A program made the translations under genes and the position numbers. A stretch of DNA of 64,000 nt from Zootoca vivipara. Its lineage: Eukaryota. The notes under the pieces are model-generated. The model searched no databases, was not told the DNA's origin, and saw only the letters and a list, made by a program, of their open reading frames with translations. Shown piece after piece: positions 38,001 through 50,000 of this stretch. Numbering within the stretch: the first letter of the stretch is position 1; every line of letters begins with the position of its first letter. The stretch lies in the NCBI RefSeq assembly GCF_963506605.1, contig NC_083276.1, forward strand, positions 85,498,001-85,562,000. The letters run 5' to 3'.

Positions 38001-41000
38001 TTTCAACATACAGGCAAGCATACAGAGACTGTGTTATAAGTTAGCAGTTTGGAACTCTCGTGCCAGCATTGACCTTGAAAAGACTGCCAGCTTCCACTTG
38101 TTTATACTATTTCACTGATAAAAAGACATCTGGACTACTGGCGGTGAAAGAGCTCTTACTGACTGACTTGAAGCAATCTATTGAGTGGAATTTTCCGCTG
38201 AACGGCTTGCTCTTTCACTAGACTGAATGGTTTATATTCTATTTTGTTGCTTTGATTAAAAGACATCTGAACTACTGGCTGAGACAGAGGGCTTAAGGCC
38301 TAAGTTGGGATTACTATCTGAGTGGAAATTTTTATTGAACTGTGTGCTTTGAGATTGGATTGATTGGAAGTATGGCTGGAACAGAGACTGGCAAAGAGAC
38401 TGGCAAAGGAAAGAAAAAATCATCCATCTCTGCTACTTTGGAGGAGCAAATCTTAAGTGCTCTTGATCGAAATTCGAGAGAACAACAACGGACTACTGAG
38501 GAACTTCGAAAATTGCGGGAGGAAGTGGGTGCAATTTCTAAGGATATTGCGCAGGTGAGAGCACAGGTGACTGGTGTGGAGAAGAGACTGGACCATCTCG
38601 AGGAGGAAAAGGTACCTGACTTGGAGAAGCAAGCCTACAAGACCAAAGTGGACTTAGCTTTTGTACAACTACGTCAAAAAGAAGGGAATCTCAGGATAAG
38701 AGCGTTCCCAAATATTGAGAAGAGTGATCTGAAAGAGGCAATAATTGAAGAATTTGTGAAGGCCTGGAACCTATCAAAGGAAGAGCTAGAAGGACAAATG
38801 ATAAAAGCATTTAGGTTTGGAGCAAAATCAAAAGGAGACAAGAAACTGATTAGTGATTGCTTGGTGTCATTTCAAACAAGAGAACAAAGAGATAGAATTC
38901 TGGGCCTACACTACGAGAAGACCTTAAAGGTGCAAGGAGCGCCAATAATAATTTTTAAAGACCTTCCAAAAATTTTTTTGGACCTGAGATCCCAATATTC
39001 GGATTTGGTAGCCATCTTGAAGAGACAAGGGATCAATTATAAGTGGGAATTGCCGGAGGGCTTGAATTTTCAATTTCAACAGAAAAAGATAAAGATCAGG
39101 TCAGAACAGCAGAAGAGAGAATTTCTTCAGCAACACGAGAGAGAGTTGTCAAGAGTTGGGTTAGCAACCTCCACCCCGGGCCAACCAGGACACCCGATTG
39201 AGTTGGATTCAGATTCCTTCTTGGGAGCAGGAGCTGCGGCAGCAATTTAGAGATGTCACTGAGGATTTTGTCATGGAATTCGAATGGCTTGAATTTAAAA
39301 CGGAAAAGGAATGAAGTTTACCATACCTTAGCAAAACAAAGATTGGACATAATATGCCTTCAGGAAACTCATATTACAAGAGCACATCAAAGACTTTTAA
39401 AGAATAATAAATTTGGAGAAGAATTTATTTCTTCGGATGATGTCAAAAAGAGAGGTGTGGTGATTTACGTGAAAGAAAAATTAAAGCCAAAGTTAATATT
39501 TAAAGATGAAGAAGGGAGATACGTAGCAGTGGAAATCTCATCGCAAGGCGAAAAATTGTTGATTCTGGGAGTTTATGCACCAAATGATGGAAAATCGGAG
39601 TTTTTTAAGAAATTGCATAACAAACTCTTGGACTATTTGGATTACAAATTATGCTTAATGGGAGACATGAATGGAGTGGTCTCTACATTAATGGACAGAT
39701 CACAAAGACAGTCTTGCACCAAAGAAGGAAGACTACCAAAGTCTTTCTTTGATTTGATTGAAAATTTTGATCTGATTGATACTTGGAGATTGAAAAATCC
39801 ATTGGAAAAAGACCAGACTTTTTTCTCAAATTCTCAACAATCGTGGAGTCGTCTCGATTACATATGGATTACAAGAGAGTTAGGACCAAAAATAAACAAT
39901 GTTGAGATCTGCCCAAGAACTTGCTCCGACCATAATGCTGTACTATTAGATCTAAGGGTATCTCTCCAGGGAACTTTCAGATGGAGAATGAACGACGCGT
40001 TAACAAGAAATGAGAAAGTAGTGGAGAAAGCCCAAAAAGTATTGAAAGATTATTTTGAGATAAATTTAAGGTCTACAACGGAGAAAAAAATTGTATGGGA
40101 TGCCAGCAAAGCTGTGATGAGAGGATTTCTAATTCAACAAAATGCTATAAAGAAAAAAGAAGCCAATGCAAATAAAGAAAAGATTCTAAATCAAATGAAA
40201 GAAAAAGAAAAGAAACTGAGGGAAAATCCTAAAAATCAACAGGTGCAGAAAGAAATTAAGGCATTGCAAGTTCAATTTTCTAAATTGATGAATCAAGAAA
40301 TTGAATCTAAAATTAAATGGATGAAACAGAAAGCCTTTGAGTCAGCAAATAAATGTGGAAAGTTACTGGCATGGCAATTGAAGAAGAGGCAGAAATTGAA
40401 CACTATTGTAAGTTTAGTGCAAGATGGAAAGCATCTGGAGCACCCGACAGAGATACAAAAAGCTTTTCAGAAGTATTTTAAACAATTGTATAAACAGGAA
40501 AATCAAAATAAAGAGGAAGTGGAGCAATTCTTGGACAAATTTGGGCTGCATAGAATCCCAGAAGAGAACAAATCCCTACTGTCTCAACAGATATCAACGC
40601 AAGAAGTGGAATATGCTATACAACAAATGCAGTCGGGCAAGACCCCAGGACCGGATGGTTTGACAGATGCATATTATAAGACAATGAAAGATTGGTTAGT
40701 TCAACCTTTGAAGGATTTATGCAATGAAATTTTGAATGGAGGAGAGGCCCCTGAATCTTGGAAAGAGGCTTACATTACTCTGATACCAAAACCGGACACG
40801 GATAGAACGCAAGTTAAGAATTATCGCCCAATATCCCTACTTAATGTGGATTATAAAATATTTGCTAACATTTTAGCCTCCAGATTGAAAAAGGTTTTGA
40901 AAGACTTTATACATCAAGATCAAGCTGGCTTCCTTCCGGGGAGGCATTTGAAAGATAATATTAGGAATATAGTTGACATTTTGGAAATGCTGGAGCAGAA

Positions 41001-44000
41001 GATAAACAAAAAAGCCATTCTTATGTTTATAGATGCGGAAAAGGCGTTTGACAATATTTCTTGGCTATTTCTAAAAAGAAATTTAGAAAAAATGGGAATG
41101 GGCAATGGTTTTCTGAATGGAGTAAAAGCAATCTATTCAGAGCAAAAAGCTAAGATAATCGTGAATAATATGGTGTCAGATGAGATTAGAATTGAGAAAG
41201 GTACAAGACAAGGGTGCCCTCTCTCTCCTTTGCTTTTTATATCGGTCCTGGAAGTCCTGCTTGACAGGATTAGAAAAGATGATGAAATAAAAGGTGTAAC
41301 TGTAGGGAAGAGACAATATAAACTTAAAGCCTTTGCGGATGATTTGGTGTTAACTTTACAAGAGCCAGAGTCCAGTGTACAGAGGGCTCTGGAAGTTATT
41401 CAAGAGTTTGGAAGGGTAGCAGGTTTCAAATTGAATAAATCCAAAACTAAAGTACTAGATAAAAATTTGAATAAGGAAGAGAGAGAGAAATTGCAAGAAA
41501 CAACTGGTTTATCTTTTGTTAAAAAAGTGAAATACCTTGGAGTGTATATGACTGCAAAAAATTTAAATTTGTTTAAAGATAATTATGTGAAATTATGGAA
41601 TGAAGTTAAGGATTTAGAAACGTGGACCAACCTGAAATTGTCTTTATTGGGCCGTATAGCAACGATTAAGATGAATGTATTGCCAAAGATGTTGTTTTTA
41701 TTTCAATCATTACCAATAATTGAAAAGCTGAGTTGTTTTAAAGAATGGCAAAAGGTGCTATCAAAATTTATATGGCAAGGGAAGAAGCCAAGAATCAAAT
41801 ATAAGATATTGACTGATGATAAACAAAGAGGAGGCTTCTCTCTACCTGATTTTAAAATTTACTATGAAGCAGCTGCCTTTTGCTGGTTGAAAGAGTGGTT
41901 TACATTGGAAAACGCTGATATTTTGGACTTAGAAGGTTATGATAATGTTCATGGTTGGCATGCATATGTGTGGTACGATAAGGTTAAGGCCCATGGAAGT
42001 TTTAAAAGGCACATTGTTAGAAATTCACTGTTCAAGGTTTGGTCCAGATATAAAGATTTATTAGAAAGAAAAACGCCAAATTGGCTCTCGCCTTTGGAGG
42101 CCAAGGTTCGCAAAAGATTAAATATGGAGACCGGTTGGTTGAAATATAGAGATTTGTTGATTCAAGATGGAGACCAATTTAAATTAAAAACATATGAGGA
42201 GTTGAAAGGTAAATTGGATGATTGGCTCCAATACCATCAGATAAATGAAGCGTTTAAAATGGATAGAGTAATTGGCTTTCAAATTGAGAGGTCAAAGGTG
42301 GAAACAGAATTGTTAGAACCTAAGACGAAAATACTTTCGAGAATGTATAAATTGCTGCTAGAATGGCATACAAAAGATGAACAAACTAAAAATGCTATGA
42401 TTTTGTGGGCAAAGGATGTGGGACATAATATTATGATAGAGGATTGGGAAAAGTTGTGGAAGGAAAATATTAGATTTACTGCGTGTAGTTTATTAAAGGA
42501 GAATATAATGAAAATGATGTACAGATGGTACCTTACACCAGAAAAGCTAGCAAAGATTTACCACAACAATGACAATAAATGTTGGAAATGTAAGAAAGAA
42601 ATAGGTTCATTTTACCACATGTGGTGGACATGTCCACTGGTGAATGACTTCTGGAATAAGATTTATAATGAACTTAAGAAAGTGCTAAAAGGCACATTGG
42701 TGAAGAGACCAGAGGCATTCCTAGTGGGCATTGTAGGGAAGGAGATTCCCAAGAGAAAGGTATCCTTTTTCATGTATGCCACTGCAGCTGCGAGACTGTT
42801 GATCGCTAAATACTGGAAGCAGCAAACGTTACCAACGATTGATGAATGGCAGATGAAGATGATGGAATTTATGGAATTGGCAGAGATGACCGGACGAATC
42901 CGTAACCAGGGAGAACAAGCAATTGAAGAAGAGTGGAAAGATTTTAAATTGTATTTAAAAAAATACGCTAAAGTAATATTTTAAGAATAGAAATTAAGTG
43001 GTAAATAAATCTGTGGATTAGGTAAAAGAGGTTATTTTAGAATAGAAAATAAGAATTTAGTATTAAAAGTGAATATTTAGAGGTAGAATTTGCTAAATTG
43101 GAAGTGTGTTTGAGAAACACAGGGACGGGAACCCGAGGAGGTCCCAATATACACTGTGATAAAGATAAGTTATATAGTTTTCTATTTTTTCTTTTTTATT
43201 TTCTGGTTTTTTCTGTTTTTCCTGACTTTTGTATTTTTGCTTTTTTGTATTTCCCCCATCCCTTCTAAACCTTTGTAAATCACTTTTCTATTGTGAAAAT
43301 CAATAAATATCTATCTAAAAAAAATAAAAATATCCACTCCAAAGAGAAGCTACCCAATGTTCCTCTCACAATGTTTTGCTCTAAAACCATGGTTATCTCA
43401 GTTCCCCTCCCCTGCCCATGCCAATCATGTTGGAACGCCTCTCCTGTTTCCACACCATCCTTTCCCTGATACAGTTTCCCGTTCCTTGTTCATTAACTCT
43501 CGAACCCCAGCATCTCTGGTTAAAAAAGGATCAGGGAGCAGGTTGATGAGAAAGACCCCCTGATTGAGACCAGGGAAAGCCACTTCCAGTGAAAGTGGAC
43601 AATATCAGATGGAAAAATAGTCTGACCTGGTAAGAGGCAGCTTCCTTTCTCCCCCACCCCACCTTCTTAGGGCTGAGACTTTGCATGTGTTCATGATGAG
43701 GCAGTTCTCTTTGCAGTTTCAGAATAAATAAATACCTTGCCTTCCAGGGCACAGATCAGGGAACTCAGCCTTTCTGGAGTTGCTAAGCAATGGCACAGAG
43801 TCGGACTGACATGGCAACAGGCATACAGGACCTGGGTGATGGAAATGCAAAGCAATATCAGACCACCGAGGCACCATCACTTTCTTCCCCAGTGAGGAGG
43901 GAAAAGGGAATGCATTAAGGCAAGTTGCCTCCAAGGATAAGATGCCCTGGGCACCAATTCCCCAACTCCCAGAGAAGCAAAAGGAACATGGGGAGATGTG

Positions 44001-47000
44001 TTACCTTCATCCCATTGAGAGAAGAGGCAGAGTGCTCAATTCCTGAGAGAAGACTTGGCAACAGGTCATTATCTTTCTCAATGAGCTTCTCGGCTACTTG
44101 CTGAGAGATCTGCAATGGAAATCCCTTGCCTTCAGTGCTAACACCATTATCAGTTTCCACCACTTGAGGGAGCTATATAGCCAACTTCTTAGAAACATAA
44201 ATGCCAATAAAACTCCCACCTGCTTTTTGGCCTTATGACATGTGCTGTGCCCTCCTGGGATGCCGCAGGATGCAGCTAGGGCTGCAGTAGAGGCAGCTGC
44301 CAAGTGTTCACTCCACTCTTGCACTGCCTTTGCTTCTTTGGGAAACACTGTTGGGGAGCAAACATAATACACCAAGTAAGGTTAAATACACCAACTAGAA
44401 GTGGAACAGAAATGCCACTTACAATGATATTATCTATTATTGTCTATTTTTATTTGTTTCTTTTTTCACAAAGTGGACCCAAAGCAACTTACAGTAGTTG
44501 TACAAATATTAAAACTAAAACAGAATAAAAACCTAAAAATGCACCCTCCATATAAAAGGGAGGTCTACTGCATCCATCCTACCTTTAACCCATCAAATTA
44601 AGAGTGAAAAGGTAAAAAACATTTTTGCCTGGCACATAAAAATAGAGATGGCACTAGGCTTGCCTCTCTGGGCAGAGCATTCCATAATTAGGCAGCCACC
44701 ACTGAAAAGGCCTATTCTCATAGAATTGTAGAGTTGGAAGGGACCCCAAGGTTCATCTAGTCCAACCCCCTGCAATACAGGAATCTCAACTAAAGCATTC
44801 ATGATAGATGACCAAACAACCTCTACTTAAAAACCTCAAAGGAAGAAGAGTCCACAACCTCCCAAGAGAGACCACTCCACTGTTGAACAGCTCCTACTAT
44901 CAGAAAGTTCTTCCAGATGTTTAGTCTGGAATCAGGAGGCATTTTGCAGTCAGATGGGCACATTCTCCACAGCATTTGTTACCTTTCTGAGCTGGCTGCT
45001 TACAGCTAGCCCCATGGCAGAGCACATCCAGAAGGGGGTGATGCTCCTCAAACAAGCTGGTGTAAAAGGGAATGGAGATGGATGGGCAGGCACAATCCAT
45101 GCTCTCACACAAGTGGGTGAAGCACTGTAAGGATAGGAGACAAGGGATTCTGTTGCAGTGAGGATAGTATAGGTCTGGGAGTTGTGGGGAGCCTAGAGCA
45201 AGAGTGGGGAGACTTTTTCAACCTGAGGCCCGCATTCCCTCCTGGGCAACCTTCCAGAAGCCATATGCTATGCTGGATGTAGCCAAAGGCAAAAGAGGGC
45301 ACAGAAATGAATGCACTACAAATATCATGTTATGTATTTTGGGATGAAGGAACAATAGCTGCTCCTCATCTTTAAAAAAGTCAAACTCCAGGTTGGAACT
45401 CATTTCTGTCCCAAGCCTTAAAACACACAGGTTCCAGGGGTAGGCAGGGAGAAGTTAACATTAAATTGAGAATAAAACTGAATTAAATGTAATATAGTTT
45501 CCCTTAAATTAAATTTAGTGAAATTAATTTGAGCATTAAGCACTAAAAGGATGCTTAAGGGAGAGGGAGAGAGGGTGAGACAAGATGAAGATGAGTAGAC
45601 CAGGAGAAAGGAGGCTTGAAAAGGACCCTTACCATCAGGCTTTGTTCTTGTAGCCTGCTCTCTTGGTCTGCGGGCTGAGCCAGCAGTGAAGGTAACAGGG
45701 CAAGGAAGCGACTGGCAGAACTGTGGAATGCCTGCAAACTAGAGAAGTATCTGTGTTTATAGATTTGACATAGAAGCTTAGCCTTGAAACATGGCAATGA
45801 GCTCAACACAGGCACTCAGATTCTCCCTTTCTTTGGCCACTACTGTATAACTGTGTAATGCTCAGAACCTGTATGATGACAGGTAACTAAGGACATTATA
45901 TGCCAGTTCTCAGACTAAATAATGGCACAAGGCATCAGTGTGTGGAATGAAACTGCTTCTTTTTGGTCTTTACTGTATTCATGCACAATGTGCTTTAATT
46001 TTGCCTACTCCCATACTGCCAACAACATAGCATAATTCACCTTCATATCTCATCTGCCATGAAAGTGCCTTACCTTTGCTTATTTCCACTCTGCTGTCGG
46101 TTGAAATCACTGGCAAAGTAGGCCGACAGGACAGTGATTAAGTCTATCAGTAGGGTGATATACCAGGGCTGCTGTGGGAAAGAGAGAGAGGTATGTGTTC
46201 TTGGGGCTGGATTCCAACTGGTTGGGTGCCCCATAGAAAGAACCAGTAATCAAGAAGAACTATCGGAATAATCTGCCAAGGTAAGAAGAATGGGAGGAGG
46301 AGGAAACTAACAGAGTTCTGAGTAAAGTGGGTTGAATTCTGTGCCAAATTTAGCCTTTGTACAGATGGACAGAATCTGTAGAGGAAAGACTGTTTTCCAT
46401 TAAAGTGTAAACTCCATGCAGCACAAAATTTGGAAGCAAAGAATGAGGCTTTTAAATAATCTCACCAATAAAAGTTTTTAGTTCCCAGAGTTATCCACAT
46501 ATATTTTAAACATGCTGGTATCAGCTGTGGTAAGGTCAGACACCCTGGCCTGAAGGTTTCAAGCAACCAGGTGATTAAGTTACTCAGCCAAGCCCTTGGT
46601 TCCTAACCCCTTGTCCACCATTCATACCTCCTCCCCTTCCTAGCTGCTTATGACTCTTGTCAAAATATCCCAGATTCTGCAGAACACTCTGACAGTGCTT
46701 TTAACCTTGGGCAAGTTAAATACTTTTACATAATGAACCTTCTTTAAAAAAAACAAAAACAAATACTATATGCTTAGTTTGGATTATAGTCCAATAAGAA
46801 CAAGGTCCAAATAACAGCCTGCTATGCACCTAGATGCTTTAACTCTTCAAAATGCAAGTACCCGACATGGTGTCCTCCAGATAATGTGGTCATCATCCCT
46901 GACCATTGGCCATGCTGGGAGGGAGGGAGTTGTAGTCCACAGCATCTGGAGGGCACCACGTTGGCTACACCCTGTTTTGGCGAATGCCTCTTCTCTACCT

Positions 47001-50000
47001 GCTTGATGTTGATACTCTCCAGGATGCTTCCCGCTAGCTCCACGAGGAAGTGGGATAATCCTGTGTCACTGCAGAAGTTGTACAACAGCTCTGTGTCACA
47101 GCGGGTACCTAACAAGTTGCCAATAACATGGAGGGCAGGGCGAAGATGGGAAGCTCCCTCCAGCATTCCCTCCAGCACCTGTATAAGGAGAAGGGGTAAA
47201 TGTACATAGGACATGCAACTCTTCCCCATTCAGGGCAAGAGTCATGGCAGAAACAGAGACCTTCCCCACACCAATGCCTAAGGTGCTCTAGAAACACCAC
47301 GCAAACCACTGATCCCACAGTCACTCCAATCTTCAACAGCATCACAGCACACCCTTGTCACCCCAGAATTCATCCATGAGATGCTGCTCCCAACTAAAGA
47401 GTTAACAGCATGCCCAGCTTCCTTTCTAGGATCCACACATTTTTACAAGACCTCTATACCCTGTCAATTCTTAAGAGTCTCCATCTTTCCAAGCTGTCCC
47501 TAGTCTCTATGTATGTGGCTCATCATGTACTAGCTGAAAGGTCAAAACTACCAAAGGAGTTCAACAAGGAAAGAGTTTTTCCACCAGTTTCTTTCCTCTT
47601 CTCTCTGTAGGAAATCTCACTTAGCTTCTGAAGGACATACCCAGCAAACAGCAAACATACCGTGTGTGTGTGCGCGCGCACGTTTAGCTCTTCCCTACAA
47701 CTCACCTGCTGTCCAGAATCTTTGAGTCGGGCATGGATGCGCTGCACAAAAGCAGGGTCTCCCAGAAGGCTCAGTGGGGCACTCAGCTGCACATGGGCAG
47801 GATCTGTGGCATCTATCAGGTGCTGCCACTCCTCATCGCTATCCAACTCCTAAGAGGCAAGACTGAGTCATTGAGGACCTCCACCATCAGAAAGCCAGGA
47901 AAGTACTTCCTTGCAGCTATGCAAAAGACTGTGGTACCTGGCCATGCGCTCACCTCAGTCTCCAGATCCACAGTGTCAATGCTGCGTCTGCCTCGTGCTT
48001 CTGCTCTGCCACTTTCTGGCCTCAGCTCTGGGAATTCCCGCTCATAATCCTGTGTGATCCGATTCTCTCTGTCCATGAAGAGGGATGAGGTGCTGAAGGC
48101 AGGCTACACAGCAATGAAATGTTCTCACCCCAGCTTTGGTCTTCTCTTGTAAAGGACCCCTGGACAGTTAAGTCCAGTCAAAGGTGACTATGGAGTGCGG
48201 CACTCACCTCACTTTAAGGCCGAGGGAGCCAGTGTTTGTCTGCAGACAGCTTTCCAGGTCATGTGGCCAGCATGACTAAATCGCTTCTGGTGCAACGGGA
48301 CACCAGAGAGCACAGAAATGCCATTTACCTTCCCCCTGCAGCGATACCTATTTATCTACTCACACTGGTATGCTTTCGAACTGCTAGGTTGGCAGAAGCT
48401 GGGACATATATATGTCAGCTAATTCAGTTGTTTCCAGTGTTGTCTTGGTCATTTGGTATTACTTAGAGCAACAGAATCTCTATCTGAAAATCCTGCAAGC
48501 TGGAACTTACGTTTCTATGTATAACCTCATCCAGAGCTGTTTTGCTGAGCCTATGACTTCTACAGCAGTAAAAGATTTGGACCTTTCTGATTCTGTGTGG
48601 TGTCTAGTATTGCAAGCTTTAGATCTACACTTCCACTGCACATGTATCATATACCACATTCCCAACAAAATAAACACATTTCAACTCCTCCTTCTCACCG
48701 AGGTGTGGGGGAAGATTCCTTTTCCTCCCACTCCATTCCCTTTCCTCCAAGGCTAGGGTGCCTCTGTTCTCCAGCTGCCCGATTCGCTTCTCTGGGATCT
48801 GTCTGAGCAAGGCAGGCTTTGCGTGTGTGGCTCTGGACCCCCTTGGGGGTTTCTTCCTTAAACGAAGCCCTGGATTTCCCCATCTCCTGTAAGAAGTCAA
48901 GCAACACAGGAAGGTTCTAATGGACCAGACCCCACCATACCGTAAGGCGCCTTGCCAGCAATGGGGCTACCTGCCTCTCACCTTTCTCCGAGCCTCCTGG
49001 GCCATCTTCTGCCGTGCTTTCCTCAAGATCTTGGACTGGCCACTGTGAGGGGCCAGTGAGTGTGTCTGCTGGTCTTTCAGGGCCTGCAGTTCAGGAGGCA
49101 GTTTGCTGGTGAAAGGGTTGGTAATGCCTTGATCTGCTGTGTCATCAATCACTGCAAAAGAAAAGGTCCATGCGGTGACTGGGCTTGCTTGAATTGGGCT
49201 CTGTAAGGAAAGGCAGATGCAGGAGCCAGATGGGGGGAAATTGCAAGTAAGCATGGCAGCTGGTACTCACCAGTGACTCGCCCTGCAATGAAGGGGTGAT
49301 AGAGTAGCTCTGGCCAGGACAGGCGCTGCCGAGGGTCTTTCATCAACAGGCCTTGCAAGAAGCTCTACACAGAAATGAGAGATGGTCACTTGCACATCCT
49401 CACACCACTTACCGTCAATAACCCCAACTGCTAATTTTACCAGGAAAACCTTGGAGCCAATGAAATTCCTTGGTCGCTGTGGGAAGAGTCTATTCAATTC
49501 ATGCATACAAAAAGCACATTTTCTAGAATGTTCCCATTTTTTTCATTTTTAAGTTTCTAGCTCTGAAGATTACTGAAAAAAGTCTTGCAAACATGGCTGC
49601 ATATTCTGCCTTAAGAAAGAAACCTGGTGGCCCCAATACCACCAAAACATGTTTGCACACAGAACTACATTCCTTGGCACAGATGTAGCAATGTGGTGTC
49701 CTTCAGGCATTGTGGACAACATTTCCTTAACCACTGGACATGCTGGCTGTGGCTGATGCAGTCAAAATCATTGGGGGGCATCCCTGCCTTAGCAAGTACA
49801 CTCTTATCCCAGTCTAATCCCCACAGGCAGTGGGGTAGGATAAGGATTGGAGAATGCACTTAAAAACTGCATTTCTACCTTCCAGAAATACACACCAACA
49901 GCGTGAAAGAGGCTAAGTGGCATGAGTGAACAAAATCTAAGGTGTTCAAGATTCCAAGGAGAGAACAAACTCAAACCACAGATACATACAGTGTAATGTC

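Larger units (their letters stand above)
37159..43329 (+). mobile_element. Full-length L1-clade non-LTR retrotransposon, antisense inside an STK36 intron
   Basis: Flanked by the direct repeat ATATCCACTCCAAAGAGAAG (37139-37158 and 43330-43349). It has a ~1.2-kb 5' UTR with a CpG-rich start, two intact ORFs, a pyrimidine-rich 3' UTR, AATAAA at 43302-43307 and an A-tail at 43317-43330. Confidence 0.97.
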
